Below, one piece after another: positions 26,092 through 35,180 of a stretch of 56,121 nucleotides of DNA (position 1 is the first letter of the stretch; each line of letters starts with the position of its first letter). The stretch is taken from NCBI GenBank assembly GCA_943349395.1, contig CALQZH010000003.1, forward strand, positions 3,688-59,808. The letters run 5' to 3'. Position numbers and translations under genes: made by a program. This stretch comes from Parcubacteria group bacterium. GTDB taxonomy: Bacteria; Patescibacteriota; Minisyncoccia; UBA6257; UBA11618. The notes beneath the pieces are model-generated. The model was not told where the DNA came from. It searched no databases and was given only the letters and a program-made list of their open reading frames with translations.

Positions 26092-27352
26092 ATGACAAGA
26101 GTATTCCCGCGAGCCATGCCGGCGCAAAGGCGAGCGTTCCCGAAACGAGCGCCGTTCCTCCGGTTAGGAATCCGAGCGTGACCGTATACGGAACGGCGGC
26201 GGCGATCAGCATGTTCGGGATGATCGCGAAGGGCGCCGTGCGGCCGACCGCGATAGCCAGGAGCGGCATGACCGCCGCTTGCGCCGAGACCGACTCGAGC
26301 AGCGTCCTGTTCTTCCACGGCGAATATCGCTCCAAGATCGGCATGATATAGGCCATGCCGAGGATCGCCGCGAACGAGAGCTGGAAGCCGAGATCGAATG
26401 CCGGCACGAGCGGGTTCCATAGCGCCATCATGAGCGCTGCCGCGACTATGGCGTTCCGCATGCTTCCCGCGCGCTCGTAGCGCCGGGCGGCGAGGACTAT
26501 GCCGTTCATGATTGCCGCGCGTACCAATGAGGATTCGGCGCCGGTCATCGCGACGAAAAGCGCGATCGCGAGAATCGTCGGCCAGAATATCTTCCGGCGC
26601 GGCAGGACGAGCCCGAGCAGGAACATGATGCCCGCAATGATTCCCGTCACGTTCGATCCCGACAGGGCCACGATGTGCGTGGTGCCGCTCGCGCGGAGCT
26701 CGTCTACGAATTCCTTCGAGAATTCGTCGGTCGTGCCGAGTGTGAGGCCGGCAAGGAACGCCGCCTGATCGGACGGCAAGACCCTTTTCAGATTATTTTC
26801 GAATGCGGCTTTCGCCGCGAGCAGGCGCCGTTGGATCGCGTATCCTCCACCCTCCGATTCCAGGCGGATCGTCGCATGTCGTGCGTTCACGATGCCCGCC
26901 ATGAGCGGATTTTTCGACCGTTTAGCCTCGCCCCGAAGCGCGATCGTATCCCCATATTCGAATTCCGGATACCTATCCGCATAGATGCGCAGGCCGTTTC
27001 CGAGCGAAAGCTCCTGATGGTCCAGGTGATGCTCTGCGCGCATCACGAGCCCCCGTATATTTCCCATGTGCCCGAATGCGATCGGTTCCGGAAAGCGATG
27101 CGCACCATAGAACAGGCAGTATGCCGCGCCTATCACGACGAATGCCGCATACGGCGAGATCCGCCGCATGCCGAGCAGTCGCAGGACGACGACCGCCGTG
27201 ACCGCCGTCGCTCCTATGAATCCGGTTCGCGACGCGAGCCCGTGGAACGGGAGCGTGCATGATCCGACGAGCGTGCCGAGGAGGAAGAAAAATGCCGCCC
27301 AGAAGAACATGTCGTGGGGCGGCATCCTTTGAATATTTACAATTTTAGACAA
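26051..27352 (-). CDS. comEC: ComEC/Rec2-like competence channel protein (membrane part only)
   Basis: 433-aa polytopic membrane protein with a DUF4131-like N-terminus and a competence-domain pattern (HIVALSGSNV). Confidence 0.8.
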   Translation of the reverse strand: MSKIVNIQRMPPHDMFFWAAFFFLLGTLVGSCTLPFHGLASRTGFIGATAVTAVVVLRLLGMRRISPYAAFVVIGAAYCLFYGAHRFPEPIAFGHMGNIRGLVMRAEHHLDHQELSLGNGLRIYADRYPEFEYGDTIALRGEAKRSKNPLMAGIVNARHATIRLESEGGGYAIQRRLLAAKAAFENNLKRVLPSDQAAFLAGLTLGTTDEFSKEFVDELRASGTTHIVALSGSNVTGIIAGIMFLLGLVLPRRKIFWPTILAIALFVAMTGAESSLVRAAIMNGIVLAARRYERAGSMRNAIVAAALMMALWNPLVPAFDLGFQLSFAAILGMAYIMPILERYSPWKNRTLLESVSAQAAVMPLLAIAVGRTAPFAIIPNMLIAAAVPYTVTLGFLTGGTALVSGTLAFAPAWLAGILLSYEMEVIHIAARYL

Positions 27353-27398
27353 TTGTATATTTTTGTAAATATTCCGCTTCCGATACCGAGCTGATTTT

Positions 27399-27908
27399 TT
27401 AGAAATCCAATGCGACCTTCGCGAGCTCTCCCTTATTGAAGGGGTGCTTGATTTCCCTCATTTCGGTCGCGAGGTGCGCGGCTTTCAGGAATGACGGCGG
27501 CGCATCGCGGCCGGTCATGATTACGAAGGTTTCGAGGGGCGCTTTCTTCACGGCTTTCAATACCGCGGACGACGAGAGGAGCTTCAACCCTACCGCCACG
27601 TTCACTTCGTCCAATACGATCAGGTCCCATTTCTTGGACTTCAGCTCTTTCGAGAATTTTGCGAGCGCGCCTTCGGCCGCTCGCACGTGCGTGGCGCGGG
27701 GCAGGGCGTCGCCCAGGATTCCCACGAATCCCTTACCCATCTTCATAAGCTCGAAGCCGGGCAGTTGCGTGCCGTCCTCCCCCGACTTCCAGGGGCCTTT
27801 TATGAACTGGATCATGAGAGCCTTCTTTCCCCTGCCTACGGTGCGGACCATCTGGCCTAGTGCCGCCGTGGTTTTTCCTTTTCCATTGCCGGTGAAGACG
27901 ATCAGCAT
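27399..27908 (-). CDS. CobA/CobO/BtuR-family P-loop protein (ATP:corrinoid adenosyltransferase-like)
   Basis: TGNGKGKTTAALG...QFIKGPWKSGE matches the family signature. Confidence 0.75.
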   Translation of the reverse strand: MLIVFTGNGKGKTTAALGQMVRTVGRGKKALMIQFIKGPWKSGEDGTQLPGFELMKMGKGFVGILGDALPRATHVRAAEGALAKFSKELKSKKWDLIVLDEVNVAVGLKLLSSSAVLKAVKKAPLETFVIMTGRDAPPSFLKAAHLATEMREIKHPFNKGELAKVALDF

Positions 27909-27910
27909 TC

Positions 27911-28975
27911 TTACATGATAACGCCCCCGCCGATCATTTCTCCATCGGTTGCATAGAGCACTGCGGATTGTCCCGGCGCGACGGCTTTTTGCGGCTCATC
28001 GAAGATTAGTTCGGATACTCCTTTTTTCGGCGCCTCGAGCGTGGCATTCGCGAGCGGCTGGCGATAGCGCACGCGGGCCCGGACCTTCATCGGGTAGCGC
28101 GAAGGCGTGATCGGGTTCACGAAGCTCATATCTGAGAGCATGGCCTTGCTCGCGTAGAGGCTCGCGTGGCTTGCGCCTTCTGCGACCGTTATCGTATTTT
28201 TTCCTATATCTTTTCCTGAGACATAGAGCGCTTCTTTCCGTCCGCCGATTTTCAGGCCATGGCGCTGGCCTATGGTATAGAATTCCGCACCGTCATGGCG
28301 TCCAACTTCTTCTCCCATATCTGTCACGATCGTTCCTTTCCGTTCCGGGATATAACCCTTGAGGAATTCTACCGCGGATACTTGGCCTAGGAAGCAGATG
28401 CCTTGCGAGTCTTTCTTTTTCGCCGTCACGAGGCCTAATTTTCCGGCGATGGCGCGCACTTCGGGCTTCGTGATATCGCCGAGCGGGAAGAGGCAGTGCG
28501 CGAGCTCTTCCTGCCCGAGCGTCCAGAGGAAATACGACTGGTCTTTGTTCCCGTCTTTCGCCGCGTAGAGGGAGAAGACCCCTTCTTTTTCGCGTAGGGC
28601 GACATAGTGGCCGGTCGCGACATGTGTCGCGCCGAGCTCGAGAGCGCGCGCGAGGAAGAGGCCGAATTTTATCTCCTTATTGCACATCACGTCGGGATTC
28701 GGCGTGATGCCCGCCTCGTAGCCACGCACCATATAGTCCACGACGCGTTCCCGGTATTCCCGCTCGAGGTCGAAGACATAGAATGGGATCGCGAGCTGTT
28801 CGGCGACGCGGCGCGCATCGTCCGCGTCCCGTTCGGCGCAGCCGTCGACGTTCACGCACTTCAGGTGGATGCCGGTCACCTCATGCCCCTGCCCGATGAG
28901 CAGTGCTGCGGCAACGCTCGAGTCGACGCCGCCCGAAAGGCCCACAAAAATTTTCTTTTTCTCCGAATCTTTCAT
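27911..28975 (-). CDS. mnmA: tRNA 2-thiouridine(34) synthase MnmA
   Basis: GLSGGVDSSVAA PP-loop and conserved catalytic Cys regions. 354 aa. Confidence 0.9.
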   Translation of the reverse strand: MKDSEKKKIFVGLSGGVDSSVAAALLIGQGHEVTGIHLKCVNVDGCAERDADDARRVAEQLAIPFYVFDLEREYRERVVDYMVRGYEAGITPNPDVMCNKEIKFGLFLARALELGATHVATGHYVALREKEGVFSLYAAKDGNKDQSYFLWTLGQEELAHCLFPLGDITKPEVRAIAGKLGLVTAKKKDSQGICFLGQVSAVEFLKGYIPERKGTIVTDMGEEVGRHDGAEFYTIGQRHGLKIGGRKEALYVSGKDIGKNTITVAEGASHASLYASKAMLSDMSFVNPITPSRYPMKVRARVRYRQPLANATLEAPKKGVSELIFDEPQKAVAPGQSAVLYATDGEMIGGGVIM

Positions 28976-29192
28976 ATTTAGAAAAACGCCTCAGGATCCC
29001 CTGTAAGGTTCCTGAGGCTCTCCCGACATTGCTTGCGGCAACCGAGAGTCTTGGTGGGGGCGTGCTTTGGAGGTTAGGAAGCTACGCAACAGCCAATTGC
29101 ATTAAAAATACGTATTATCTCGGCATTTGTCAATTATTTTTTCCTTCTAATCCCTTGATTATCTCGCCGTTTTCTTGTATGTTATATGGACT

Positions 29193-29768
29193 ATGTCGAC
29201 TCTCGGATACAATGATTTGCGGAAAGGGGTGGTATTCGACATCGACGGCGCGCCGTACGAGGTCGTCGAATACGCCTTCGTCCGCATGCAGCAGCGCAAA
29301 GCCGTGGCGCAGGTGAAGATGAAGAATCTCATGACCGGGAAGGTCGTGAGTCGCAACTTCCACCAGAATGAGAGCTTCGAGGCTGCTGACATGGAACGCG
29401 AGACCATCAAGTTCCTCTACCGCGCGAAGGGCGACTCGTGGTTCTCCGAGAAGAACGATCCGAGCAAGCGCTTCTCCGTCTCCGAGGAAGTGGTAGGTAC
29501 TGCGGGGAATTTCCTGAAGCAGAATACCGACGTCAGTGCTGTTTTCTTCAATGAGAAAATCATCAAGATCGAGGTGCCGATCAAGGTGGATCTCATGGTG
29601 AAGGACGCGCCTCCGGGCGAGCGCGGCAATACCGCCCAAGGCGGCATGAAGCTCGCGGAGCTCGAGACTGGCGCGAAGGTGAACGTCCCGCTTTTCGTGA
29701 ACACCGGCGACGTGGTGCGGATCAATACGGATACGGGAGAGTATACGGAGCGCGTAGAGAAGAATTAA
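29193..29768 (+). CDS. efp: Elongation factor P
   Basis: MSTLGYNDLRKGVVFDIDGAPYEVVE...VPLFVNTGDVVRINT. ATG at 29193 inside the TTG-started ORF. Confidence 0.9.
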   Translation: MSTLGYNDLRKGVVFDIDGAPYEVVEYAFVRMQQRKAVAQVKMKNLMTGKVVSRNFHQNESFEAADMERETIKFLYRAKGDSWFSEKNDPSKRFSVSEEVVGTAGNFLKQNTDVSAVFFNEKIIKIEVPIKVDLMVKDAPPGERGNTAQGGMKLAELETGAKVNVPLFVNTGDVVRINTDTGEYTERVEKN

Positions 29769-29775
29769 GCTTTCT

Positions 29776-29982
29776 AGGATTCCGTTCCACGATTCCCGAA
29801 TGCGCACGGCTCATATGCCCGCGAATCGCCGTTCGAATAAGCCGACAGGAAAAACGGAACTCAACCGCGGCTGCGCGCCGCGGGATTCAGACAGCCTTTT
29901 TTCCCCTCGGCTTATCTCTCATGGCTCGTCGCGGCATCCCATTCGCCTCAGCGATGTTCGGTAATCATCGAAACGGAATCCT
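29776..29982. ncRNA. Unclassified structured RNA-like element, copy A
   Basis: Shares identical blocks with 47790-47972 and folds into five nested helices (see findings). No conserved ORF. Confidence 0.6.
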
Positions 29983-30030
29983 TTGTATGGTTACCGATTT
30001 TTCTCGAGGGCGGTTTTAATAAGGGGGGAA

Positions 30031-30067
30031 AATGAAAACGCCGCCTTTGTCGGGCGGCGTTTTCATT
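30031..30067. terminator. Bidirectional terminator hairpin (15-bp stem)
   Basis: AATGAAAACGCCGCC-N7-GGCGGCGTTTTCATT. Confidence 0.7.
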
Positions 30068-31905
30068 TATTCCTTTATCGGGGGCGTTTCTTCCCTCGGC
30101 GGCATTAGCTCCTTGGAGGTCGGTTCGGAGGGAGGCGGCATCGTTTTCGGTTTTTCGGCGAGCGCTTTTCCGAGCGCTTCTTTCAGCCCGAGCACGTTGA
30201 TGGGCTTGCGTTCCCGAGGAGGCGCGGCCGGCGCAGGGGCCCGCTCGGGAGCTTGTCGCTCGGCTTGCGCAGGCGGCGGCGTCATGGGCGTCTGAGGCCT
30301 TTGCGGAGCGGGTTGCGCGGGTATGGGAGCTGGCGTTGCCTGCGGCGGCTTCGGGGCGGAGGGGGCGCTTGGCGCGTTCGCGGATTTCATGGGCACATAC
30401 GTCTTTGGTTGGGATGGCCGGGGGCTCGATGACGGGGCTTGTCCGGCGTTCATCGGCTTGCGTGCCGCTGGTTCGGGGTGGAAGATTGCCGGGGCCATTT
30501 CCGGGCGTTTTTCGCGCGGGATGAATGGCTTTTTCGTGACGATTGGGGCGTTCTCGGTCAAGGTTCCCGCGAGGGTCTTTTCGTCGCGTCGCTCGATCTT
30601 TTCCTTCATCGAGTTCGAGCCTTGGTTCAGCCATTCGCCCGCGATCGTATTCTCCACCTGCTCGCGCGGGATCGCGTGGCGCGTGCGTGCGTTCTGGATG
30701 ATTTCCTCCTTGTACGAGCGCGCGGGCTTCGGCGGGGGCGGGAGCGTATGCGCGGAGAATGGGCGTGACGAGATGCCGTCGATCATCAGCTTCATGTAGA
30801 TATTGTACTTGGCGAGGTTCACCATGTCGGTGCCGAGGAATTCGGGCATGAATTCCTTCTCGAGGAATTCGCCGTCTTCCGCGCCTACGCGGAAGACGAT
30901 CATGGTTCCCACGTTGCCGAAGATAGCGTCCTTCACCGTCGATTTGCCCTCGTCGTCCAGCTGGCGGAGATATTGGTTCGCGACCGTGAGCGATAGGCGG
31001 TATTTGCGGGCTTCGGACAAGATGCTCGCGAAGGACTCCGTGGCGAAGTTCTGAAACTCGTCGACGCACAGGTAGAAGTCGCGGCGCTTCGCCTCGGGGA
31101 TGTCCACGCGGCTCATGGCGGCCAATTGGAGCTTCGTGATGATCATAGCGCCCAGGAGGGCCGAGTTGTCCTCCCCTATCCTCCCTTTCGAGAGGTTGAT
31201 GATGAGGATTTTGCTCTCGTCCATGACTTTCCGTAGGTCGATCGAGGAATGGGCTTGGCCGAGGATATTCCGTACCAAGGGATTCGACACGAATTGGCCG
31301 ACCTTGTTCTGGATGGCGGCCGTCGCCTCCGTCTCGAATTTCTGGCTGTATTTCGAGAACTCGTTTACCCAGAAGCTCCGCACAACCGGGTCCTTGAGGT
31401 TCGATACGACCTGCTTCCGATATTCCGGGTCGTTCAACATGCGCATGATACCCAGGAGCGTCGTGCCCGGGTATTCGAGGAGCGCCAAGAGCGTGTTGTT
31501 CATGATATAGGCCATGCGGGCGCTCCAGGCATCCGCCCAGATTTTCTGCAATACGCCCATCATGCCGGAGGCGACGAGGTGCCGGAATTCCGGGTCTACC
31601 TGTTCCAGGGGATTGAACGCCACGGGGAATTTGGTATCCGACGGGTCGAGGTAGATCACGTCGTCCACCCGGTGCTCGGGCACGTAGTCGAGGATTTTCT
31701 CGGCGGATTCGCCGTGCGGGTCGATGAAGGCGACCCCTCGGCCCTGGTTGATATCCTCGATGATCATGTTCTCCAAGAGCGTGGATTTTCCCACGCCGGT
31801 CTTCCCGATGATGTATATGTGGCGGCGGCGGTCATCAACCTTGATGCCGAACCGGCGCTCCTCGTTCCTGAAGTTGGTCCTTCCGAGCCAGGTAATGCTA
31901 TCCAT
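30067..31905 (-). CDS. TraD/VirD4/TraG-like P-loop ATPase (type IV coupling-protein-like) with Pro-rich C-terminal tail
   Basis: Walker A IIGKTGVGKST, Walker B FYLCVDEFQNF. 612 aa. The last ~200 aa are low-complexity and P/A/Q-rich. Confidence 0.8.
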   Translation of the reverse strand: MDSITWLGRTNFRNEERRFGIKVDDRRRHIYIIGKTGVGKSTLLENMIIEDINQGRGVAFIDPHGESAEKILDYVPEHRVDDVIYLDPSDTKFPVAFNPLEQVDPEFRHLVASGMMGVLQKIWADAWSARMAYIMNNTLLALLEYPGTTLLGIMRMLNDPEYRKQVVSNLKDPVVRSFWVNEFSKYSQKFETEATAAIQNKVGQFVSNPLVRNILGQAHSSIDLRKVMDESKILIINLSKGRIGEDNSALLGAMIITKLQLAAMSRVDIPEAKRRDFYLCVDEFQNFATESFASILSEARKYRLSLTVANQYLRQLDDEGKSTVKDAIFGNVGTMIVFRVGAEDGEFLEKEFMPEFLGTDMVNLAKYNIYMKLMIDGISSRPFSAHTLPPPPKPARSYKEEIIQNARTRHAIPREQVENTIAGEWLNQGSNSMKEKIERRDEKTLAGTLTENAPIVTKKPFIPREKRPEMAPAIFHPEPAARKPMNAGQAPSSSPRPSQPKTYVPMKSANAPSAPSAPKPPQATPAPIPAQPAPQRPQTPMTPPPAQAERQAPERAPAPAAPPRERKPINVLGLKEALGKALAEKPKTMPPPSEPTSKELMPPREETPPIKE

Positions 31906-31911
31906 AGTTTC

Positions 31912-33192
31912 TTATCCGACGGGCAACGACGGCGGCGGCGTTCCCTTCTTCGCCTCGATGCGGCCCAGCATCGGCGTCTTCACCGTCGCGCTCGGGAAGT
32001 GGTAGATGGTCGAGAGCTCCTCAGTGTTCATGATCGAGAACGTTTCGGGGAACTTGCGCCTGCGGGCGAAGTCGTAAATCATCCGTTTCTTTATATATGC
32101 CTTCCGCTTTTTGAACGGCTGGCGGTTCGCCTGGGTGAGGGTCGCGAGATTAGGCTTGAGGCCGTTCAGGTTCTCGTCTATGAACTGTTTCGCCCATGCC
32201 GCGATACCCTTCACCTTGTCGGGGTTCAATGCTTCAGCGCGGTCGATATACACCCATCGTATCACGGTTTCGAACGCGAGCTTCGAGGTCTTCTTGTCGA
32301 TCGCTTCGATCTTCTCCTTTTCCGCGAACGTGAGTCCGGCGAGCGCCGGCTTTTCGCCCGCCTTCCCTTCCGGCCATTTTATCGTCGCGGTCTCCTTCCC
32401 GAGGATCACCGGAATTATGTTTCCGAATATCAGCTTTATGAAATCCCAGCGGGAAGGCTTCGATTCCTCCTTCCTGCCTATGATCTTGTCCCGGAATGCC
32501 TGTGCCTTCTTGACCCAGTCCGAGGTGAGCCCTCCCGTGGGGCGCACCATGACGTGGATCCAGGTCGTTTCCTCGTTCTCGTGGTGCGAGAGGGATTCCA
32601 TGAGCGTCGAGATCGTGTCTATCTTTTCCCCTTCCTCGATCGCCTCGAAATAGTCGTAGGTGCGGATGGGCAGGGCATTGTCCATGACGAGGACATAGTC
32701 GGATCCCTGGAGATCGTATTCGTCGTTCGGGAGGACGGCGGGGAATTTCTCGACGTAGTCTTCGGCCTCCTCGATTTCCGCGTCGGGATACTGCGCGTAT
32801 ATCGCGGCCTCGAGCATCTTCCTCGAGCTCGATACGATGCGGATGAAGAATTGCGGCCCGGTCGCGTCCGCCATGATCTCGAACGAGGTCCAGAGCTCGA
32901 CTTCGCCGTTCCAGTACTTGTTGTACATCCTGAAGCCGAACGAGTACGTGCCGTGGGCGGCGGCGAAGATCTGCTCCATGGCTTTGGGGGTCTTCAGGAC
33001 CGTCTGCGGCACGCGCACGGCAAGCAGGGTCCATTGCAGGTTCCTGACATAGAGTCCCCGGATATAGAAGAGCCATCGCCTCCAGAAGAAGGGGCCCAAG
33101 AAGAGCGGCAGGATGATCCACCAGGAATACGACCAGAGCGTTCCCAGGTTCCCGAAAAGCGCCTGCGACGGGCCGCCCACTATCGAGTTCAT
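31912..33192 (-). CDS. Membrane protein partner of the TraD-like ATPase, unknown family
   Basis: Start at MNSIVGGPS. Two N-terminal TM helices followed by a ~380-aa soluble region. 7-nt gap to the ATPase gene. Confidence 0.7.
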   Translation of the reverse strand: MNSIVGGPSQALFGNLGTLWSYSWWIILPLFLGPFFWRRWLFYIRGLYVRNLQWTLLAVRVPQTVLKTPKAMEQIFAAAHGTYSFGFRMYNKYWNGEVELWTSFEIMADATGPQFFIRIVSSSRKMLEAAIYAQYPDAEIEEAEDYVEKFPAVLPNDEYDLQGSDYVLVMDNALPIRTYDYFEAIEEGEKIDTISTLMESLSHHENEETTWIHVMVRPTGGLTSDWVKKAQAFRDKIIGRKEESKPSRWDFIKLIFGNIIPVILGKETATIKWPEGKAGEKPALAGLTFAEKEKIEAIDKKTSKLAFETVIRWVYIDRAEALNPDKVKGIAAWAKQFIDENLNGLKPNLATLTQANRQPFKKRKAYIKKRMIYDFARRRKFPETFSIMNTEELSTIYHFPSATVKTPMLGRIEAKKGTPPPSLPVG

Positions 33193-33254
33193 ATGCTTAC
33201 AATATATCGCATCCTCTCCATAAAAAATACCGCCTTTTCGGCGATATTTTTTCC

Positions 33255-34220
33255 TTATGCTTTTCTTACGAAGTATTTTCCCTCGTCCATCCGCTTGAAC
33301 CAATTCCTGTTCTGGAGGTTGATCAGGAGGGTCTTTTCCTTGAACGGGCGGTGCGACAAGGCGAGACCGATGATGTCCTTCGCGGGCATCGGGCCGTGTT
33401 TCTTTAGGAGGTGCGTGAGCACTTCGCGGGCCGTGCCGGGGAGGATGTTGAATTCCTGGAGGCCGTACATGCCGCGTCCCACGAGCATGAAGCGCTTGTC
33501 CTTGATGAGCTCGTTATGGATCGTCTGCGCGTTCACCCGCTTCGTCACGCGGATCTTGTTGATCTCCGTCGTTATCTGCGAGAAGTGGAGCGGCTTGCCC
33601 GACGTCTTTAGGACCAGGAACGCCCAGTCGCGGGAAACCTTCGGGTTGATGTCGCGCCATTCCGCGAGGCCGAATTCCCCGTGCGGGCTGACCGCGAATT
33701 TCTTCGATATGGAAATGTAGTTCTGCGAGGAGGTGTCCTTGGGGATCGCCGCGGGGCGTTCGGCGCTCTTCTTCAGGGACGACGCGAGTTCCGCGACGAA
33801 CGTGTTGCCGCGCTTCACGCTTTCGTCGGAAAGGCTCCAGAAGGCGTAGCGGTTCTTGTCCTCGGCATTGAACGAGGCTACCTTGCTGGCTTCGAATGCG
33901 CAGCGCACGGCGTTGCCGTTGCCGAAGTCGGCCGCGACGAGGTCATGGCGGCGCATGCCGTCGTATTTCGCGAGGTAGGCGACGGTCGACGTCCTAAAGG
34001 CGTCGAATTCGGCCTTGGTGAACTGGGCGTGGAGCGCCCGGAGGGCCTGGGCCTCGATCTGGCGGATGCGTTCCCGGGTCACCCCGTATCGCTTTCCTAT
34101 CGCCGCAAGGGTCTGCCCTTCTGCCGATTTGAGGCCGTAGCGCAGCTGGATTATATCCCGCTGGCGAGGGGTCAGGGGGGCGAGGGCCTGGGCGATTATT
34201 TTCGAGAGATTGTAGTCCAT
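33255..34220 (-). CDS. Sigma-70 region 4 domain plus HARE-HTH/winged-helix domains protein
   Basis: N-terminus LTPRQRDIIQLRYGL...LAAIGKRYGVTRERIRQIEAQALRAL is sigma70_r4. The C-terminal part (KPLHFSQITTEI...DKRFMLVGRGMYGLQEF) resembles HARE-HTH. Confidence 0.75.
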   Translation of the reverse strand: MDYNLSKIIAQALAPLTPRQRDIIQLRYGLKSAEGQTLAAIGKRYGVTRERIRQIEAQALRALHAQFTKAEFDAFRTSTVAYLAKYDGMRRHDLVAADFGNGNAVRCAFEASKVASFNAEDKNRYAFWSLSDESVKRGNTFVAELASSLKKSAERPAAIPKDTSSQNYISISKKFAVSPHGEFGLAEWRDINPKVSRDWAFLVLKTSGKPLHFSQITTEINKIRVTKRVNAQTIHNELIKDKRFMLVGRGMYGLQEFNILPGTAREVLTHLLKKHGPMPAKDIIGLALSHRPFKEKTLLINLQNRNWFKRMDEGKYFVRKA

Positions 34221-34279
34221 ATCCGATTATTTATATGATACCACAAGCATGATTGGGAGTCAACAATCCCCTCTCGGGC

Positions 34280-35176
34280 TCAGGATTTAGCCTTGTTCGA
34301 CAGGACGAGGAGCGGGCTCGCGACGAAGATCGACGAGTATGTTCCCAGCGAGACTCCGACGAGTATCGCGAGCACGAAGTAGAAGAGGTTTGCCGATCCG
34401 ATCGCGAGAAGGGCGACGAGAACCAGGACGAGGGTGAGTGAGGTGTTTACCGACCGTACCATCGTCTGGTTCACGCTCGCGTTCACGAGGTTCGCGAAGC
34501 TGCCTCCTCCCTGCCGTTCGAGGCGGAGATTTTCGCGGATGCGGTCGAATACGACGATCGTGTCGTGCACCGAGAAGCCCATGACGACGAGTATGGCCAC
34601 GATGATGTTCGTATTCATCTCGACGCCGTACGCATGGCCAAGATACGCGATCATGCCGAGCGGGATCAGCGCGTCGTGGAAGAGCGTCACGAGTGTTATT
34701 AGGGCATATTTCCACGAGCTTACCGGGCGGGACACGTGCCGGAAGGCGAAGGCGACATAGAGGGAAATCGCGAGGAGCACGCCCAGGAAGGCCCATGCCG
34801 CCCGGCCTTTCAGCTCGGTGCCGATCGCGGGACCGATCGTCTCATAGCTCAATTCCTCGATAGTGCCGAAATCCTTCGCGAGCGCGGCTTTGTATTCCGC
34901 GTGCAGCTTCTCGTCGAGCTCGGGAAGGCGGATGATGACGCTTTTGGTCGTGGGTTCCGATACTACGGTCGCTTCCTCGCCGTTGAAATCCTTCTCGATC
35001 GCGAGACGGACGGCTTCTGTCGAAGGATTCGTCGCGAAGCGCGCCTGCCACGAGGTCCCACCTTTGAAGTCGATACCTTCTTTCAGGCCGAATGTCCCCA
35101 GCGCGGCTATCGCCGCGATCGCGAGGATCGCCGAGAATCCGAGATATATCTTCTTTCTTCCTATGATGTCGTACAT
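34280..35176 (-). CDS. secF: Protein translocase subunit SecF
   Basis: 298 aa with six TMs. GIDFKGGT motif. Follows secD. Confidence 0.9.
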   Translation of the reverse strand: MYDIIGRKKIYLGFSAILAIAAIAALGTFGLKEGIDFKGGTSWQARFATNPSTEAVRLAIEKDFNGEEATVVSEPTTKSVIIRLPELDEKLHAEYKAALAKDFGTIEELSYETIGPAIGTELKGRAAWAFLGVLLAISLYVAFAFRHVSRPVSSWKYALITLVTLFHDALIPLGMIAYLGHAYGVEMNTNIIVAILVVMGFSVHDTIVVFDRIRENLRLERQGGGSFANLVNASVNQTMVRSVNTSLTLVLVLVALLAIGSANLFYFVLAILVGVSLGTYSSIFVASPLLVLSNKAKS

Positions 35177-35180
35177 GGTC

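Noticed and set aside
28976-29192. Possible ncRNA in the mnmA-efp divergent intergenic region, with hairpins GCCTCAGGATCC...GGTTCCTGAGGC and GCGTGCTTT...AAGCTACGC.
   Set aside because: It has local hairpins only, no promoter/terminator pair and no similarity to other regions or to families I know. The evidence is insufficient to call.
29948-31069. 373-aa minus-strand ORF rich in R/P/A.
   Set aside because: It is an alternative frame of the TraD-like ATPase gene and runs through the non-coding repeat element. The ATPase frame carries Walker A/B motifs.
31249-33720. 823-aa plus-strand ORF, the longest in the track.
   Set aside because: It lies antisense to the TraD-like ATPase, its membrane partner and the sigma4/HARE-HTH gene. 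It has an R/G/E/L/H/P-rich, low-information composition typical of open antisense frames in GC-rich DNA, and no recognisable motifs.
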